From: an uncultured candidate division Zixibacteria bacterium
Lineage (GTDB): Bacteria; Zixibacteria; MSB-5A5; UBA10806; 4484-95
DNA: 64,000 bases
NCBI GenBank assembly: GCA_963668625.2
Contig: CAXXKA010000008.1
Span: 1,248,001 to 1,312,000 of the forward strand
Direction of reading: 5' to 3'
The position numbers and the translations under genes were made by a program. The notes beneath the pieces were generated by a model that saw nothing but the letters and a program-made list of their open reading frames with translations, did no database searches and was not told where the DNA came from. This document shows, in pieces, positions 41,476 through 52,783 of the stretch. How positions within the stretch are numbered: position 1 is the stretch's first letter; the number at the start of each line of letters is the position of its first letter.

Positions 41476-43303
41476 CTCGGTAATCTTCTATTGTCGCGTT
41501 TTCATAAACCTGACGGTACCACTCTCTCCAGATATTCTGTCTCTTTTTCGTACCCTCTTCTTTTAAGAGAGAATCGGAGACGGCATCGAATTCGGCCATA
41601 TCGATGGGTTGACGATTGATATACTCCATCAGGTAGCAGCCGTTACGACTTTTGATAGGATCGGAAAGCGGGTTATCCTCGGTCAAATTGAAAGCAGCTC
41701 CTATAAATGCCGGATCGCTGCCGATATTTTGTACGAAATCGTTACGCGAGAAATATTCCGTTTCTTTCAAGCTGCGGTTTTCCTGGTCGCACAATTGCTT
41801 CAGGTTAAGCTTATTGTCAACCATAACACGATGTAGCTGTTGACCTTTCTCGAAAGCTTTTTCGGCCAGAATCTCACGTTTTAACATGCCCTCGATACCT
41901 GACTTGACGTCTTCTAAAGGTTTGTAGCCGGCTTTGTTGTATTCGCCCTTAGTGGCGACCATGAAGAAATTTCTGGTGTCGACAACATCGCTGACATCGC
42001 CGGTTTTACCATCGAAAGCCAGGTCGCTGAGTTTGGCGTTTACGCCTACACCCCTGATCGAACCATTACGGGGGAAAGCCGGTGTACTTTCTATTTTATA
42101 TTCCTTTTCCTCGGCTGTTTTAACGAAACCGAACTCCATTGCCTCCTGGCGGAACAGATCGGCTTCAGCCCTGATATCGGCCAATGTCTGATCGGAAACC
42201 TCTGTTTTCAAAAGGATGTGACTGGCTTTGATCTGGTTCTCAGGCTGACCTTTGTCGTTTGTATCGCGCTTGCCGGTGAGCTTGATAATGTGCCACCCGA
42301 ATTGGCTCAGTATAGGCTTGGAAACATCGCCGATATTTTTCAGCGCGAAAGCGGCGTTCTCGAAAGGTTTAACCATCTTACCTTTGCCGAACCAACCCAG
42401 GTCGCCGCCTCTACTGGCCGAGCCATCCTGTGAATGCTCTTTCGCCATCTCCGCGAAATCCGCTCCCGCTTGTACGATACCCTCGTAGATATCCTGTATC
42501 GCTATCTTGATGGAATCCAAATCCTCCTGGCCGGCTTCTTTCATGAACGACACGTACTGCAGAGTAGCCGTCTCATCGGTTTTATAATTTTCCTTATCCT
42601 GCTCGTAACGATCGCGAATCATTTGCTCGGTGATTCCCAGGCCGGTGGTATCGATCTCATTAGTTGAGATATTCGTATAGTTGACTTTTACTTTCTCGTT
42701 TTTGACCTTGTAGTCCTCGAGTATTTCGGGTTTGGAGACATAAGCGGTCGAGACGACCATCTCCTGAAGTTTATTAATCATGATTTGCGATTTGACGGTG
42801 CTCTCGAGATACAGGAGAACCTGTTCGGCTTGCGGGTCGGGGGAGGTTGCCAGGTTTTGAAGGTAACTCTGGTACTTGGCCGGGTCGAATTGACCATCAG
42901 TTTGGAAATCCTCGACACCGACGAGTTCCCTTGGCGGCATGGCTTTGACATATTCGGTTAGCTCCTCGGGGGTAACCTGAATGTTGTATTTCTTGATTTG
43001 CTGAGCCATCAACACCTGTCCGACTATGCTATTCCAGGTTTCATCCCTGAGTCTTTTTATATCATCCTCGCTGGGATCGTTGTTGGTTTGTAGTAGTTCA
43101 TCATATTTGGAACGATAAGTCTGACTGAATGTTTGAACAGAGACTTCATCATCATTGATTTTCCCCACAGAGTTAGCCTGTCTTTGCCCGCCCTGGCCTT
43201 TACCACTGAGATCCATACCCCAGGCAAAGATAATAGTACCAACGAAAGCCACTGCGACAATTATATAGACCGGCTTAGCTGCTGTCCTTATCGACTTCAT
43301 CAT
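41456..43303 (-). CDS. PpiD-like periplasmic chaperone / parvulin PPIase
   Basis: N-terminal anchor, SurA-N-like region, parvulin [20 protein letters not shown]...MVKPFE..AF...SQFGWHIIK. Confidence 0.88.
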   Translation of the reverse strand: MMKSIRTAAKPVYIIVAVAFVGTIIFAWGMDLSGKGQGGQRQANSVGKINDDEVSVQTFSQTYRSKYDELLQTNNDPSEDDIKRLRDETWNSIVGQVLMAQQIKKYNIQVTPEELTEYVKAMPPRELVGVEDFQTDGQFDPAKYQSYLQNLATSPDPQAEQVLLYLESTVKSQIMINKLQEMVVSTAYVSKPEILEDYKVKNEKVKVNYTNISTNEIDTTGLGITEQMIRDRYEQDKENYKTDETATLQYVSFMKEAGQEDLDSIKIAIQDIYEGIVQAGADFAEMAKEHSQDGSASRGGDLGWFGKGKMVKPFENAAFALKNIGDVSKPILSQFGWHIIKLTGKRDTNDKGQPENQIKASHILLKTEVSDQTLADIRAEADLFRQEAMEFGFVKTAEEKEYKIESTPAFPRNGSIRGVGVNAKLSDLAFDGKTGDVSDVVDTRNFFMVATKGEYNKAGYKPLEDVKSGIEGMLKREILAEKAFEKGQQLHRVMVDNKLNLKQLCDQENRSLKETEYFSRNDFVQNIGSDPAFIGAAFNLTEDNPLSDPIKSRNGCYLMEYINRQPIDMAEFDAVSDSLLKEEGTKKRQNIWREWYRQVYENATIEDYRDEIYGS

Positions 43304-43434
43304 AACGGATAACTCCTTGTATTCTAAATTTTAAGCATCGATTAGTTAATCGACAGAAAACATCATTTTCTTATACAATATACCAATATAAAAAAAGATT
43401 TTATTTTATCAAATAAAAATTAGAACCTTGACCA

Positions 43435-45630
43435 TTGTTTCGGGTTTTTACTAATATAAGTGTTATGAATAAATTGTTAAAAATACGGAATCTCTTACTG
43501 ATGGTAATATTATTCGCTGTTCAGTTATCATATGCCGGAGATTATATGTGGCCGATGAAGATAACGCCGAAATTATCCTCGCAATTCGGTGATTACCGTT
43601 CCGGGCACTGGCATGCGGGGATAGATATAACCACCAGAGGTAAACAGGGTTACAAGGTTTATGCCGTTGACTATGGCTACGTTTATCGGATTAAAACATC
43701 GTTTTGGGGTTACGGCAAAGCGCTTTATTTGAAGCTCAATGACGGTCGCTATGCGGTGTATGGTCATCTCGCCCGGTTCGATCACGATATCGAGGATTAC
43801 GTTCGTAATAAGCAGGTCGAAAGCCGAAAATATTATCAGGATTTGTTTTTCACTCCGGGTCAATTTCCAGTGAAAAAGGGTGACTATATAGCGCTTTCAG
43901 GTCAATCCGGGGCCGGCGCGCCTCATTTGCATCTGGAAGTACGCGATAAAAATAACATTCTTCTCAATCCGCTGCGTGATATATATAGCTATAATGATTC
44001 GAAACCGCCCATGTTAGAGTATCTGGCCTTAAAGAGGTTTAACGATGTCGGGCTGGGAAATTATCACGAGGTGGAATTCCTGACCGTTAGTGGAAACGGG
44101 AACGATCTTATCGTGCCTGATACTATCTCGGCTTACGGCCGGATGGCTCTCTCGCTTTCCGGTTATGATCCTAACGGCGGCTATAATTATGGTTTATATG
44201 CGATCGATATGACTTTGAACGGAGTTGAAATATTCGCTTACGAAAGTAATCATCTGGATTATGCCAGCGGCAATCAAATAGATTACGTGCGTGATCATGC
44301 TTTAAAAGCACGGTGCGATGAGTATTTCGGCGTGCAAAACGATAACGATAAGCACGTATTTTATAAGCTCCATATTCAACCTCACGATACGCAGCTTTTC
44401 TACGATGGCGCAGGCCACCCATCCGGGATTATTTTTGCTGATAGTCTGGATGACGGCGTGAATAAGTTGGAGATAACAATTCGCGATGTTAACGATAACT
44501 CCACTCGTGTCAGTCTGTACCTCAAAAAGGCCGGCCTCGATACGCCCGAGATAGAGTCGATGCATGTTCATAACGATTCTCTGACAATTAAATCTCCTCG
44601 TATCGATGAGGATCACTATGTTGAGATACAATACCGACGGAATGAAGTATCACCATATAAAACAATACCGGCAAGTTTCGATTTATTCGGCGGGCTGACA
44701 GGAATAAGACTTCAACCTGATGCAGGCGGCTACCGCCTGAGACTGATTGACAGTGATCTGGAGTATTCCGAATGGCTGGAGTTCAACCCAGAAAATAAGG
44801 CCGAGAAAGTAACCGCATACGCCGATTATTTAGATCTCGTGATTTATCGGGATGAGCAAATACTGGCCAACCAGAAACCTCTGGATAGTTTCCGGACACT
44901 ACCGTTGCCGGGAGGTTATGTTAAGACACTGATACCGCTGCCGGTCAAGAACGGCTATTTCGCCATCGATTTGAAGGAGGATGACGGCTGCAATACCTTC
45001 TATAAATTCAATTCGGGCGGCTACGCCTACTCGCCCGATTCCACGGTGAAAATCAAAATCAGCGATAGTAATTTATACGATCCGGTCGTGATGCAGATAA
45101 CTAACCCGACTATCGAGAATGGAAACTACGTATTCGAGGTGCTGCCCTCGGATATTCTGTTTAAAAGTCCTGCTGCAATCGAGGTGGACTATGCTCGACT
45201 GGGGATCAACTCCTCCAAAGCCTCGTTATACTTTTACTGGGTACCGAAAAATAAGTGGGTGTATATCGGCGGCGATAAAGCCGGGGCAATAGAGGCTAAA
45301 ACCGGTGGCGGCGGTAAATTCGGTATTATGGCCGATATCAATGGGCCATATATCGGCGCCGTTAAGCCGGGCCACAGAAGCTCGACTTCAGATCGAACTC
45401 CGTATCTATCATGCAAAATCGAGGATCAGCTTTCCGGAATCAAGAGAGAGACTCAGCTGGAGATGACTATAGATGGTATCTGGGTGCCTGCATACTATGA
45501 TATCGATACCAAGGAATATGGCTATCAGGTGAGAAATAATCTCAGGAAATCATCCCATACACTGAGAATAACCGCCACCGACAACCAGGGCAACAAGACA
45601 GTAAAAATCTCGACATTCACGATCAGGTAG
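43435..45630 (+). CDS. Secreted M23-family metallopeptidase with long C-terminal extension
   Basis: HAGID (HxxxD), GYGK, YGHL, SGQSG...PHLHLE. True start is probably ATG 43465. Confidence 0.82.
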   Translation: MFRVFTNISVMNKLLKIRNLLLMVILFAVQLSYAGDYMWPMKITPKLSSQFGDYRSGHWHAGIDITTRGKQGYKVYAVDYGYVYRIKTSFWGYGKALYLKLNDGRYAVYGHLARFDHDIEDYVRNKQVESRKYYQDLFFTPGQFPVKKGDYIALSGQSGAGAPHLHLEVRDKNNILLNPLRDIYSYNDSKPPMLEYLALKRFNDVGLGNYHEVEFLTVSGNGNDLIVPDTISAYGRMALSLSGYDPNGGYNYGLYAIDMTLNGVEIFAYESNHLDYASGNQIDYVRDHALKARCDEYFGVQNDNDKHVFYKLHIQPHDTQLFYDGAGHPSGIIFADSLDDGVNKLEITIRDVNDNSTRVSLYLKKAGLDTPEIESMHVHNDSLTIKSPRIDEDHYVEIQYRRNEVSPYKTIPASFDLFGGLTGIRLQPDAGGYRLRLIDSDLEYSEWLEFNPENKAEKVTAYADYLDLVIYRDEQILANQKPLDSFRTLPLPGGYVKTLIPLPVKNGYFAIDLKEDDGCNTFYKFNSGGYAYSPDSTVKIKISDSNLYDPVVMQITNPTIENGNYVFEVLPSDILFKSPAAIEVDYARLGINSSKASLYFYWVPKNKWVYIGGDKAGAIEAKTGGGGKFGIMADINGPYIGAVKPGHRSSTSDRTPYLSCKIEDQLSGIKRETQLEMTIDGIWVPAYYDIDTKEYGYQVRNNLRKSSHTLRITATDNQGNKTVKISTFTIR

Positions 45631-45639
45631 TTTCAGGCG

Positions 45640-46290
45640 ATGATACCTATTCGTGATGATATCCGGTCGAGAAAATTCCCGCTTTTCACGATACTATTGA
45701 TTGCCGTAAATATCCTGATTTATATTTATCAAAACCTGATCTATGTCGAGCCCGAGTTGTTCGTCTGGAAATATGCCCTGGTCGCGAAAAGCCTGATAAG
45801 CTTTCAGCCCTTGAACCCGGTCTCTACCTTGCCGCCGCCACTTACGCTTATCACCTCACAGTTTCTTCATGGCGATATATTTCATTTAGGCAGCAATATG
45901 CTTTTTCTGTGGGTTTTCGGCGATAATATCGAGGCGGAGCTTGGTTATTTCAAATACCTGGGATTTTATCTGACCTGTGGTATTATCTCCGGTATCGTAC
46001 AGGTTATCGCTTTCCCGGGGTCTACAATCCCGATGGTGGGCGCCTCGGGTGCTATCTCGGGGATAATGGGCGCTTATCTGCTCAGATTCCCTAAGGCGCG
46101 AGTGGTGACCTGGTTGTTTTTTATCTTCTTCGTTCGCTTACCGGCTGTTGTTTATCTTGGTTTATGGATAATTTTTCAGATCGTGGCCGGCGTGCCTACA
46201 TATGGCAATGATGGCGACGGGGTGGCTTATTTCGCGCATATCGGAGGGTTCATAGCCGGGATGGTATTGTTTAAAGTCTGGAAAAAATAA
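45640..46290 (+). CDS. Rhomboid family intramembrane serine protease
   Basis: MIPIRD, FLHG...HL..NMLFLWVFGDNIE, GASGAISG, AHIGGF. Confidence 0.93.
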   Translation: MIPIRDDIRSRKFPLFTILLIAVNILIYIYQNLIYVEPELFVWKYALVAKSLISFQPLNPVSTLPPPLTLITSQFLHGDIFHLGSNMLFLWVFGDNIEAELGYFKYLGFYLTCGIISGIVQVIAFPGSTIPMVGASGAISGIMGAYLLRFPKARVVTWLFFIFFVRLPAVVYLGLWIIFQIVAGVPTYGNDGDGVAYFAHIGGFIAGMVLFKVWKK

Positions 46291-46328
46291 AACTAAACCT
46301 TGAACAGCTAATCAAAGTTAATTAATTT

Positions 46329-46616
46329 ATGCCAGCTAAAAAGAATGTCAGATGTGAGAGATGCGGTAAACGATTGAAAAAAGGCGGTGACAACTACCGT
46401 CTCGAATGCTCCGTGACAGCCGATTTCGACGGCTGTCTAGATGCCTCTATCGCGAATACCAGCCCGGAAGAAATACTCGATGAAATCGAAAAGTCAGAAG
46501 TAACCGAGGCCGAGCTGGAGGAGCAGGTTTATTTCAATACCAGGCAGAAACTCTGTCATGATTGCCGCAACATAATAGTCAGTTTTTTGAAAGGATACGA
46601 GCCTGATGCCCGCTGA
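46329..46616 (+). CDS. Hypothetical protein with two CxxC pairs
   Basis: CERC near the N-terminus, CHDC near the C-terminus, acidic middle; overlaps the dnaE start by 11 nt. Confidence 0.65.
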   Translation: MPAKKNVRCERCGKRLKKGGDNYRLECSVTADFDGCLDASIANTSPEEILDEIEKSEVTEAELEEQVYFNTRQKLCHDCRNIIVSFLKGYEPDAR

Positions 46617-49600
46617 TTTCGTTCATCTTCACAACCACACCATGTATTCTCTTCTCGATGGCGCGATAAAAATACCCAATCTGCTGAAAACAGTATCGGG
46701 CATGAATATGAACTCCGTGGCTATCACCGATCACGGCAACTTATTCGGCGCTATCGATTTTTATACACAGGCTAAAAAGAACAGGATAAAACCGATTATC
46801 GGTATAGAAACTTATGTCGCTCCCGGTGATCTTACCGATAAAAGCCCCAACCAGGATGGCGGTCACAGCGGCTACCATCTGGTGTTGCTGGCGAAAAACG
46901 AAACCGGCTATAAGAATTTAATGAAACTGTCCTCGATAGCCTATATCGAGGGTTTCTATTTCAAACCCCGTATCGATAAAAAGGTACTGCGCGAGCATTC
47001 GGAGGGACTTATCGCGCTATCCGCTTGCTTGAAAGGCGAGGTCGCCCAGGCGGCGTTGAAAGATAATGATGATAAAGCGGCGAAAGTCATAAGAGAGTAT
47101 CTCGATATTTTCGATACCGAGGATTTCTATCTGGAGATTCAGGATCACAATATCGATGAGGAACTGACAGTCCGTACCGCCATGAAACGTTACGCCGAGA
47201 AATTCGGTTTGGGGCTGGTTGCCACCAACGATTGCCACTATCTCAAGCAGGAACACGCCGAGGCGCATGAGGTGCTGTTATGCCTTCAAACAGGCAAGAC
47301 CTTGAACGACCTCGATCGGATGAAATACAGCACCGACCAATTATTCTTGAAATCACCCGAGCAGATGAAAGAACTGTTTGCCGATACGCCCGCAGCGATC
47401 GAAAATACGGTCAAGATAGCCGAACGCTGCAATCTCGAGCTGGAGCTGGGAAAGAACAAAGTGCCGGAATTCCCCCTGCCGGAAGGATTCGATACCGAGG
47501 AAACTTACCTGAACCATCTCTGTAACGAGGGCTTGAAAGAGCGTTATGATGAGATAACACCGGAATTCCAGGAGCGTCTCGACTACGAACTTCGCGTTAT
47601 AAAGCAGATGGGCTATTCGGGATATTTCCTGATCGTCCGTGATTTCACCGATTACGCGCGCAGGCACGATATCCCGGTCGGGCCGGGAAGAGGATCAGCG
47701 GCGGGTTCGTTGGTTTCGTATACGCTGGGGATTACCAATATCGATCCCATGCATTACAACCTCCTGTTCGAGAGGTTTTTAAATCCCGAGCGTGTGTCAA
47801 TGCCTGATATCGATATAGATTTCGCCGACCGCCACAGGGGACGAGTGATAGATTACGTGCGCGATAAATACGGCTGGAAAAACGTGGCCCAGATCGTCAC
47901 GTTCGGTTCGATGGCCGCCCGGGCGGTGGTCAGGAATGTCGGCCGGGTGCTTTCGGTACCCTATACCGATATGGATAAGATCGCCAAGATGATACCCGAG
48001 GATATCGGCATGACACTCGATAAGGCGCTCGAGGTATCGGCCGATTTGAAGAAAGCTATCGATGAGGATGAGACTATCGCCAAGGTGTTAGAACACTCGC
48101 TGGTACTCGAGGGCCTGGCCCGTCACTCCTCAACGCATGCGGCCGGTGTGGTTATCGCCCCCGCGCCGCTGACTAATTTCGTGCCCCTCTATCGCTCCAG
48201 CAAGGATGAGATCGCCACCCAGTTCGATATGCGTTGTATCGATTCTATTGGCCTGCTGAAAATGGATTTCCTGGGTCTTCGCACCTTAACTGTCATAGAT
48301 GACGCTATCAAGCTGGTTAAGCAAACACACGGGGTGGAGATCGTTCTGGATGATATCCCTATAGATGACGAACCTGTTTATCAGCTTTTCTCCCGAGGTC
48401 AGACCATCGGCATATTCCAGTTCGAGTCAAGCGGCATGAGAGACTATCTCAGGCGACTGGGACCGACCTGTATCGATGATCTGATCGCTATGAACGCTTT
48501 GTACCGTCCCGGCCCGTTGGATTCGGGTATGATCGATGTATATATCGACTGTAAGCGGGGACGTAAAAAACCGGAGTATCCTCACCCGATGCTCGAGCCG
48601 ATCTTGAAAGACACTTACGGCGTTATCGTGTTCCAGGAACAGGTATTGAAAATCGCGCAGGATATGGCCGGTTTCTCTCTGGGCAAAGCCGATATTCTTC
48701 GTAAAGCGATCGGTAAGAAAATCGCCGAGATGATGGCCCAGCAAAAAGATGAATTCATTGCCGGGGCGGTTAAAAAAGGTGTCGAAAAGACCAAAGCGGA
48801 AAAAGTTTTCGAGATGATCGAGATGTTCGCCCGCTACGGATTCGTGAAAGCGCACGCCACCGGCTACGCGGTCGTTGCCTATCAAACGGCTTATTTGAAA
48901 GCACATTATCCCGCCGAGTTTTTAGCCGCCGCCTTAACCTCGGAGATGGGCAATTCCAGCCGTGTGACTATTTTCAGGCAGGAATGCAAGGAACTCGGTA
49001 TAGAGCTGTTGCCGCCTGATGTCAACGAGGGATTCGCGCATTTTACGGTCGTGGATGGTAAGATAATATTCAGTCTGGCAGCGGTGAAAAATGTCGGTGT
49101 GGGAGCTGTCGAGTCGCTGGTTGCGGTTCGTGAGGAGGGCGGTAAGTTCGCTGATATCACCGATTTCTGCAAACGCGTGAATCTTCACCAGGTAAACAAG
49201 AAAACGCTGGAAAGCCTCATTATCTGCGGGGCGTTCGATTCGATAGAACCCAATCGCGCTATGCTATATAAGAACGTGGAAAACCTGGTAAGTTACGGCT
49301 CTAAACTTCAGAGAGAACAGGAATCGGGGCAGTCCTCGCTGTTTGGCGGAGCCAGCTCGGAGGAGATTGTCAAGCTGACATTAACTGAGGCCACACCCTG
49401 GACGGATGCCGAGATACGCGATCATGAAAAGAACGTGCTCGGGTTCTATCTCAGTTCGCACCCGCTCGAGGATCATCGTATAGAGTACCTTGCTCTTACC
49501 GAATACAAGCTCGAGGAGCTGGCAGATTTGAAAGACCAGTCGGTAGTATTCGTGGGGGGAGTAATAGGCGAGGTTAAAACGGCCATTACCCGCACCAACA

Positions 49601-50097
49601 AACAATATGCAAGGCTCGTGCTGGAGGATTTCACCGACTCCATATCGGTGCTGGTTTTCTCTCCATGTTTCGATAATCGACGCGAATTACTTCAGGAGGG
49701 AAACAGTATATTCGTTTCGGGCGTATTAAATACCAGGGAGGGCGAGAAACCGACAGTCATGGCCGATGAGGTATTGGCTATGGGGGATGCCTACAACGAG
49801 CTTACCGGCAGGCTTCACATACTGGCCGATGAAAGCCGCCTGAAGGATGAGCATATCGACAATTTGGACAAGTTATTCATGGCCAACAGGGGAAATCTGG
49901 AAATCGTATTTCATTTTAAAGCCGATAATGCCGAATTGATTAGTAAGTGCACTAAATATAAGGTCGAGGCCAATCTCGACCTGTTGAGCGGGCTCTCGAG
50001 CAGGTTCGGAGAAAAAGCCATCCGTATGGAGTCAACCAAGAAATTCAGTAACGGAAACGGTCGAGGGGGACATTGGAAAAAGAAGTTTCAAAACTGA
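46606..50097 (+). CDS. dnaE: DNA polymerase III alpha subunit
   Basis: PHP FVHLHNHT.YSLLDG and AITDHG; GPGRGSAAGS, FERFLNPER.SMPDIDIDF, GLLKMDFLGL; C-terminal OB fold. Confidence 0.98.
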   Translation: MPADFVHLHNHTMYSLLDGAIKIPNLLKTVSGMNMNSVAITDHGNLFGAIDFYTQAKKNRIKPIIGIETYVAPGDLTDKSPNQDGGHSGYHLVLLAKNETGYKNLMKLSSIAYIEGFYFKPRIDKKVLREHSEGLIALSACLKGEVAQAALKDNDDKAAKVIREYLDIFDTEDFYLEIQDHNIDEELTVRTAMKRYAEKFGLGLVATNDCHYLKQEHAEAHEVLLCLQTGKTLNDLDRMKYSTDQLFLKSPEQMKELFADTPAAIENTVKIAERCNLELELGKNKVPEFPLPEGFDTEETYLNHLCNEGLKERYDEITPEFQERLDYELRVIKQMGYSGYFLIVRDFTDYARRHDIPVGPGRGSAAGSLVSYTLGITNIDPMHYNLLFERFLNPERVSMPDIDIDFADRHRGRVIDYVRDKYGWKNVAQIVTFGSMAARAVVRNVGRVLSVPYTDMDKIAKMIPEDIGMTLDKALEVSADLKKAIDEDETIAKVLEHSLVLEGLARHSSTHAAGVVIAPAPLTNFVPLYRSSKDEIATQFDMRCIDSIGLLKMDFLGLRTLTVIDDAIKLVKQTHGVEIVLDDIPIDDEPVYQLFSRGQTIGIFQFESSGMRDYLRRLGPTCIDDLIAMNALYRPGPLDSGMIDVYIDCKRGRKKPEYPHPMLEPILKDTYGVIVFQEQVLKIAQDMAGFSLGKADILRKAIGKKIAEMMAQQKDEFIAGAVKKGVEKTKAEKVFEMIEMFARYGFVKAHATGYAVVAYQTAYLKAHYPAEFLAAALTSEMGNSSRVTIFRQECKELGIELLPPDVNEGFAHFTVVDGKIIFSLAAVKNVGVGAVESLVAVREEGGKFADITDFCKRVNLHQVNKKTLESLIICGAFDSIEPNRAMLYKNVENLVSYGSKLQREQESGQSSLFGGASSEEIVKLTLTEATPWTDAEIRDHEKNVLGFYLSSHPLEDHRIEYLALTEYKLEELADLKDQSVVFVGGVIGEVKTAITRTNKQYARLVLEDFTDSISVLVFSPCFDNRRELLQEGNSIFVSGVLNTREGEKPTVMADEVLAMGDAYNELTGRLHILADESRLKDEHIDNLDKLFMANRGNLEIVFHFKADNAELISKCTKYKVEANLDLLSGLSSRFGEKAIRMESTKKFSNGNGRGGHWKKKFQN

Positions 50098-52238
50098 AGA
50101 TAATATTCATACTGATAATAAGCGTATCATTATTCACCGGGGTCAGTCATTCAAGGGGCGATACGCTTTTTGATTTTGATAGCTTATATCTCGCCGGCGA
50201 TTACGATTATCTCATAGACTCTCTCGAAACGAATACTTATCAAAACCGTATCGTCAAAGCCCGGACTTCAGTCAAGGTTGGTTTTTTCGAACGGGCCGAG
50301 AAGATATTGGATGAGTGCGACAACGCCTCGGTAGAAAAAGCGATATTGTATTACCGGATGGGGGCATATAGCAAGGCCACCCGGACTATCGAAAGGCTAA
50401 AGCCGGCAAATGGTTTTCAGGCCGATCTGGTTGCATATTTAAAATTCAAACTGAAAATAGACAATGAATCGATTGACTTGGATGATATTAATGAAAACTC
50501 GCTATTGTTTAACTCGTTGGCCTCGCTTGAAATAGCGAGAAGATGGTACGATAGGGTCGAGGATAAAAGGACTGGCGCAATCGATTCGGCCTTATCATAT
50601 CTCTCTCGAGTCGAGTATTCGACATTGAATAATCTCGATAAGCCGACTTATCATTTTCTCAAATGTAAAATATACAATAACCAGGGCGAGTACGAGGTGG
50701 CGTTAAATCATTTCGATGATTTACTGAAAGCCAACTATATATTCGATAAGGCGGATGAGATCATCTCGTTTGCCGAGGACTCTCTTGCGCCGAATCTCGA
50801 CAGGCAACAGACTCTGAGGTTGGTGAACAGCCTCAAGCGTAAACGTTATTTCGATCAGGCTGTTGTCATCCTGGCCAATGTCGATTCCAATGATACTACT
50901 CGCCTGGAGACAGCCTGGGCGTATTTCGGCGAGAAACAATACACCCGAGCCGCCGCGATTTTCGATAGTCTGGCAAGCTCCGTCGATAGCGCGATAATAG
51001 CCGAGGCGCTGTATGGACTGGCCGTTTGCGATTACCGGCGCGGGAGACGGCTCGATGGCGTTGGTAAGCTTCTGGAGTTTGCCGAAAGCTATCCCACGAA
51101 TATCCTGGCGCCGAGGGCGCTTTTTACAGCCGGCGATTTCTATATGCGGAGTGATCGTTCGCGATCTCTGGATATATTCTCGAAACTGATCGATAGTTAC
51201 CCGGAATCCCGTCACTACCCGCGTGTACTCTATCTGGCGGGCAGTATGTATTCCAAAAGCGGCAAGAATGATCAAGCGGTTGAGATGTTCGCTAAATATC
51301 CCTATGACAACGATACTGCCGACCTGTTCGAGTACTGGCGATTCAAGCTGGCTCCGCAAGATAGTACGCTTTTGAAGAATGTGATCGACAGGAAATACCC
51401 ATCGTTTTACAACTATAAATCGCGCGAGAAACTCGGTTACGATAAGCCCGATACGGTAATCACTTATGATGAATTCCTGAGCGGTTTTTTAGCAAAAGCC
51501 GAGAAATACTTGGGCTGGAGAGTTAAACGTCATGTCTTCGATCGGGGACAGGTTGATTTGGTTGACAGTTTGTTCAAGTATGGCCTGGAATACGAGGCCG
51601 GATTACAGCTCGTAAACATTCATGGCAAAACTAAAAATTATTATCGCGATATCGAACTTATCCGCAAAGCTTACGATCTGAAACTCGAATGGGCTTATTT
51701 CGAGATACTGGAGGATTTCAAGGAATCACTTCAGAAGTTAGGCTATTCGTTCAGCTTTCATACCTGGGACAGGCTGAAATATCCATTCCTGTACCGGGCT
51801 TTAGTCCGGTTTCACGCTAAGGATAGAACCGATCCTTACCTGGCTCTATCGGTAATCAGGCGGGAAAGCCGTTTCGATCCTCTGGCGGTTTCCAATGTCG
51901 GCGCTCTGGGTTTGATGCAGTTAATGCCGGCTACAGCGGCTCAGATGGCTCGTATGGATGAGGTGCCGGTGGCCTGGATGTTCGAGCCGGGGTATAATAT
52001 TCTATTGGGATGTAAATATCTTCGCTGGCTGGATGTACGCCTAAAGAAAGATGAGATAGTCGTAGCCGCCTACAACGCCGGCCCGACAGCCGCCAAGAGG
52101 TGGAAACGTATGGCCGGAATCGATACCGAAACTTATATAGAAACCATCGGTTACGATCAGAGCCGCAATTACACCCGCTGGGTAATCGGCGATTATTACT
52201 GGTATCGATTCTTATGGCCTAAAACGGTTAATGAGTAA
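50073..52238 (+). CDS. Soluble lytic transglycosylase with TPR repeats
   Basis: Signal peptide, TPR-like helices, IRRESRF..LAVS..GALGLMQLMPATA, AAYNAGP. Confidence 0.88.
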   Translation: MEKEVSKLKIIFILIISVSLFTGVSHSRGDTLFDFDSLYLAGDYDYLIDSLETNTYQNRIVKARTSVKVGFFERAEKILDECDNASVEKAILYYRMGAYSKATRTIERLKPANGFQADLVAYLKFKLKIDNESIDLDDINENSLLFNSLASLEIARRWYDRVEDKRTGAIDSALSYLSRVEYSTLNNLDKPTYHFLKCKIYNNQGEYEVALNHFDDLLKANYIFDKADEIISFAEDSLAPNLDRQQTLRLVNSLKRKRYFDQAVVILANVDSNDTTRLETAWAYFGEKQYTRAAAIFDSLASSVDSAIIAEALYGLAVCDYRRGRRLDGVGKLLEFAESYPTNILAPRALFTAGDFYMRSDRSRSLDIFSKLIDSYPESRHYPRVLYLAGSMYSKSGKNDQAVEMFAKYPYDNDTADLFEYWRFKLAPQDSTLLKNVIDRKYPSFYNYKSREKLGYDKPDTVITYDEFLSGFLAKAEKYLGWRVKRHVFDRGQVDLVDSLFKYGLEYEAGLQLVNIHGKTKNYYRDIELIRKAYDLKLEWAYFEILEDFKESLQKLGYSFSFHTWDRLKYPFLYRALVRFHAKDRTDPYLALSVIRRESRFDPLAVSNVGALGLMQLMPATAAQMARMDEVPVAWMFEPGYNILLGCKYLRWLDVRLKKDEIVVAAYNAGPTAAKRWKRMAGIDTETYIETIGYDQSRNYTRWVIGDYYWYRFLWPKTVNE

Positions 52239-52458
52239 CTACTACTTAAGGATAAGCAGTAATATTTCCTATAAATAAATTAGGGAAAAAGGATATATAA
52301 ATGTCTTGCAATAATGTATTAATCAATTGCAAATCAATAACGTGTTAGCTTTAATGTGACTAAAAACCAAATTTATATGCGAATGGGAGATTGTTAATGT
52401 AACGATTTTATGTAGAATAATGATAAATTCTTAAAAGGCATAGTTTTTACTTACTTTA

Positions 52459-52710
52459 TTATGGACATTTTCTTGCGGAACAACCTACAACATTAAAATC
52501 ATAAATTCTCTTTTCTGGGTTAGCCTCGCGGCGACTAATTTTCGCTTTATTGCACGCATCTCTTTCATTTCTTGCACTTACAACGGTAATATAAACACGT
52601 TGTGTATCAGCTATGTTGTTTTCGTTACTGGGTGGATCAAATTTTATTTTATTTTTTTCAGTCCACTTAGGAAAAGGTTCATAAATAATCTCGACACAGA
52701 ATTTCGGCAT
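52459..52710 (-). CDS. Hypothetical 83-aa protein in the AT-rich islet
   Basis: Open frame in AT-rich DNA with AAGGA upstream of the ATG; no recognised motif. Confidence 0.6.
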   Translation of the reverse strand: MPKFCVEIIYEPFPKWTEKNKIKFDPPSNENNIADTQRVYITVVSARNERDACNKAKISRREANPEKRIYDFNVVGCSARKCP

Positions 52711-52783
52711 TAAAATTTCCTTTATTTTTTATTGGTGGTTTTAAAATTAACTTATAACTTAAAGGGATTAGCTTTTTGTCGAA

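Noticed and set aside
46606-50097. Possible intein in dnaE
   Set aside because: The length (1163 aa) is ordinary and no intein splice or LAGLIDADG motifs were seen.
50721-51359. 212-aa antisense ORF inside the SLT gene, and similar shadows in ftsI, ftsZ, dapF and dnaE
   Set aside because: Fully antisense to well-supported genes, no motifs; expected from codon bias.
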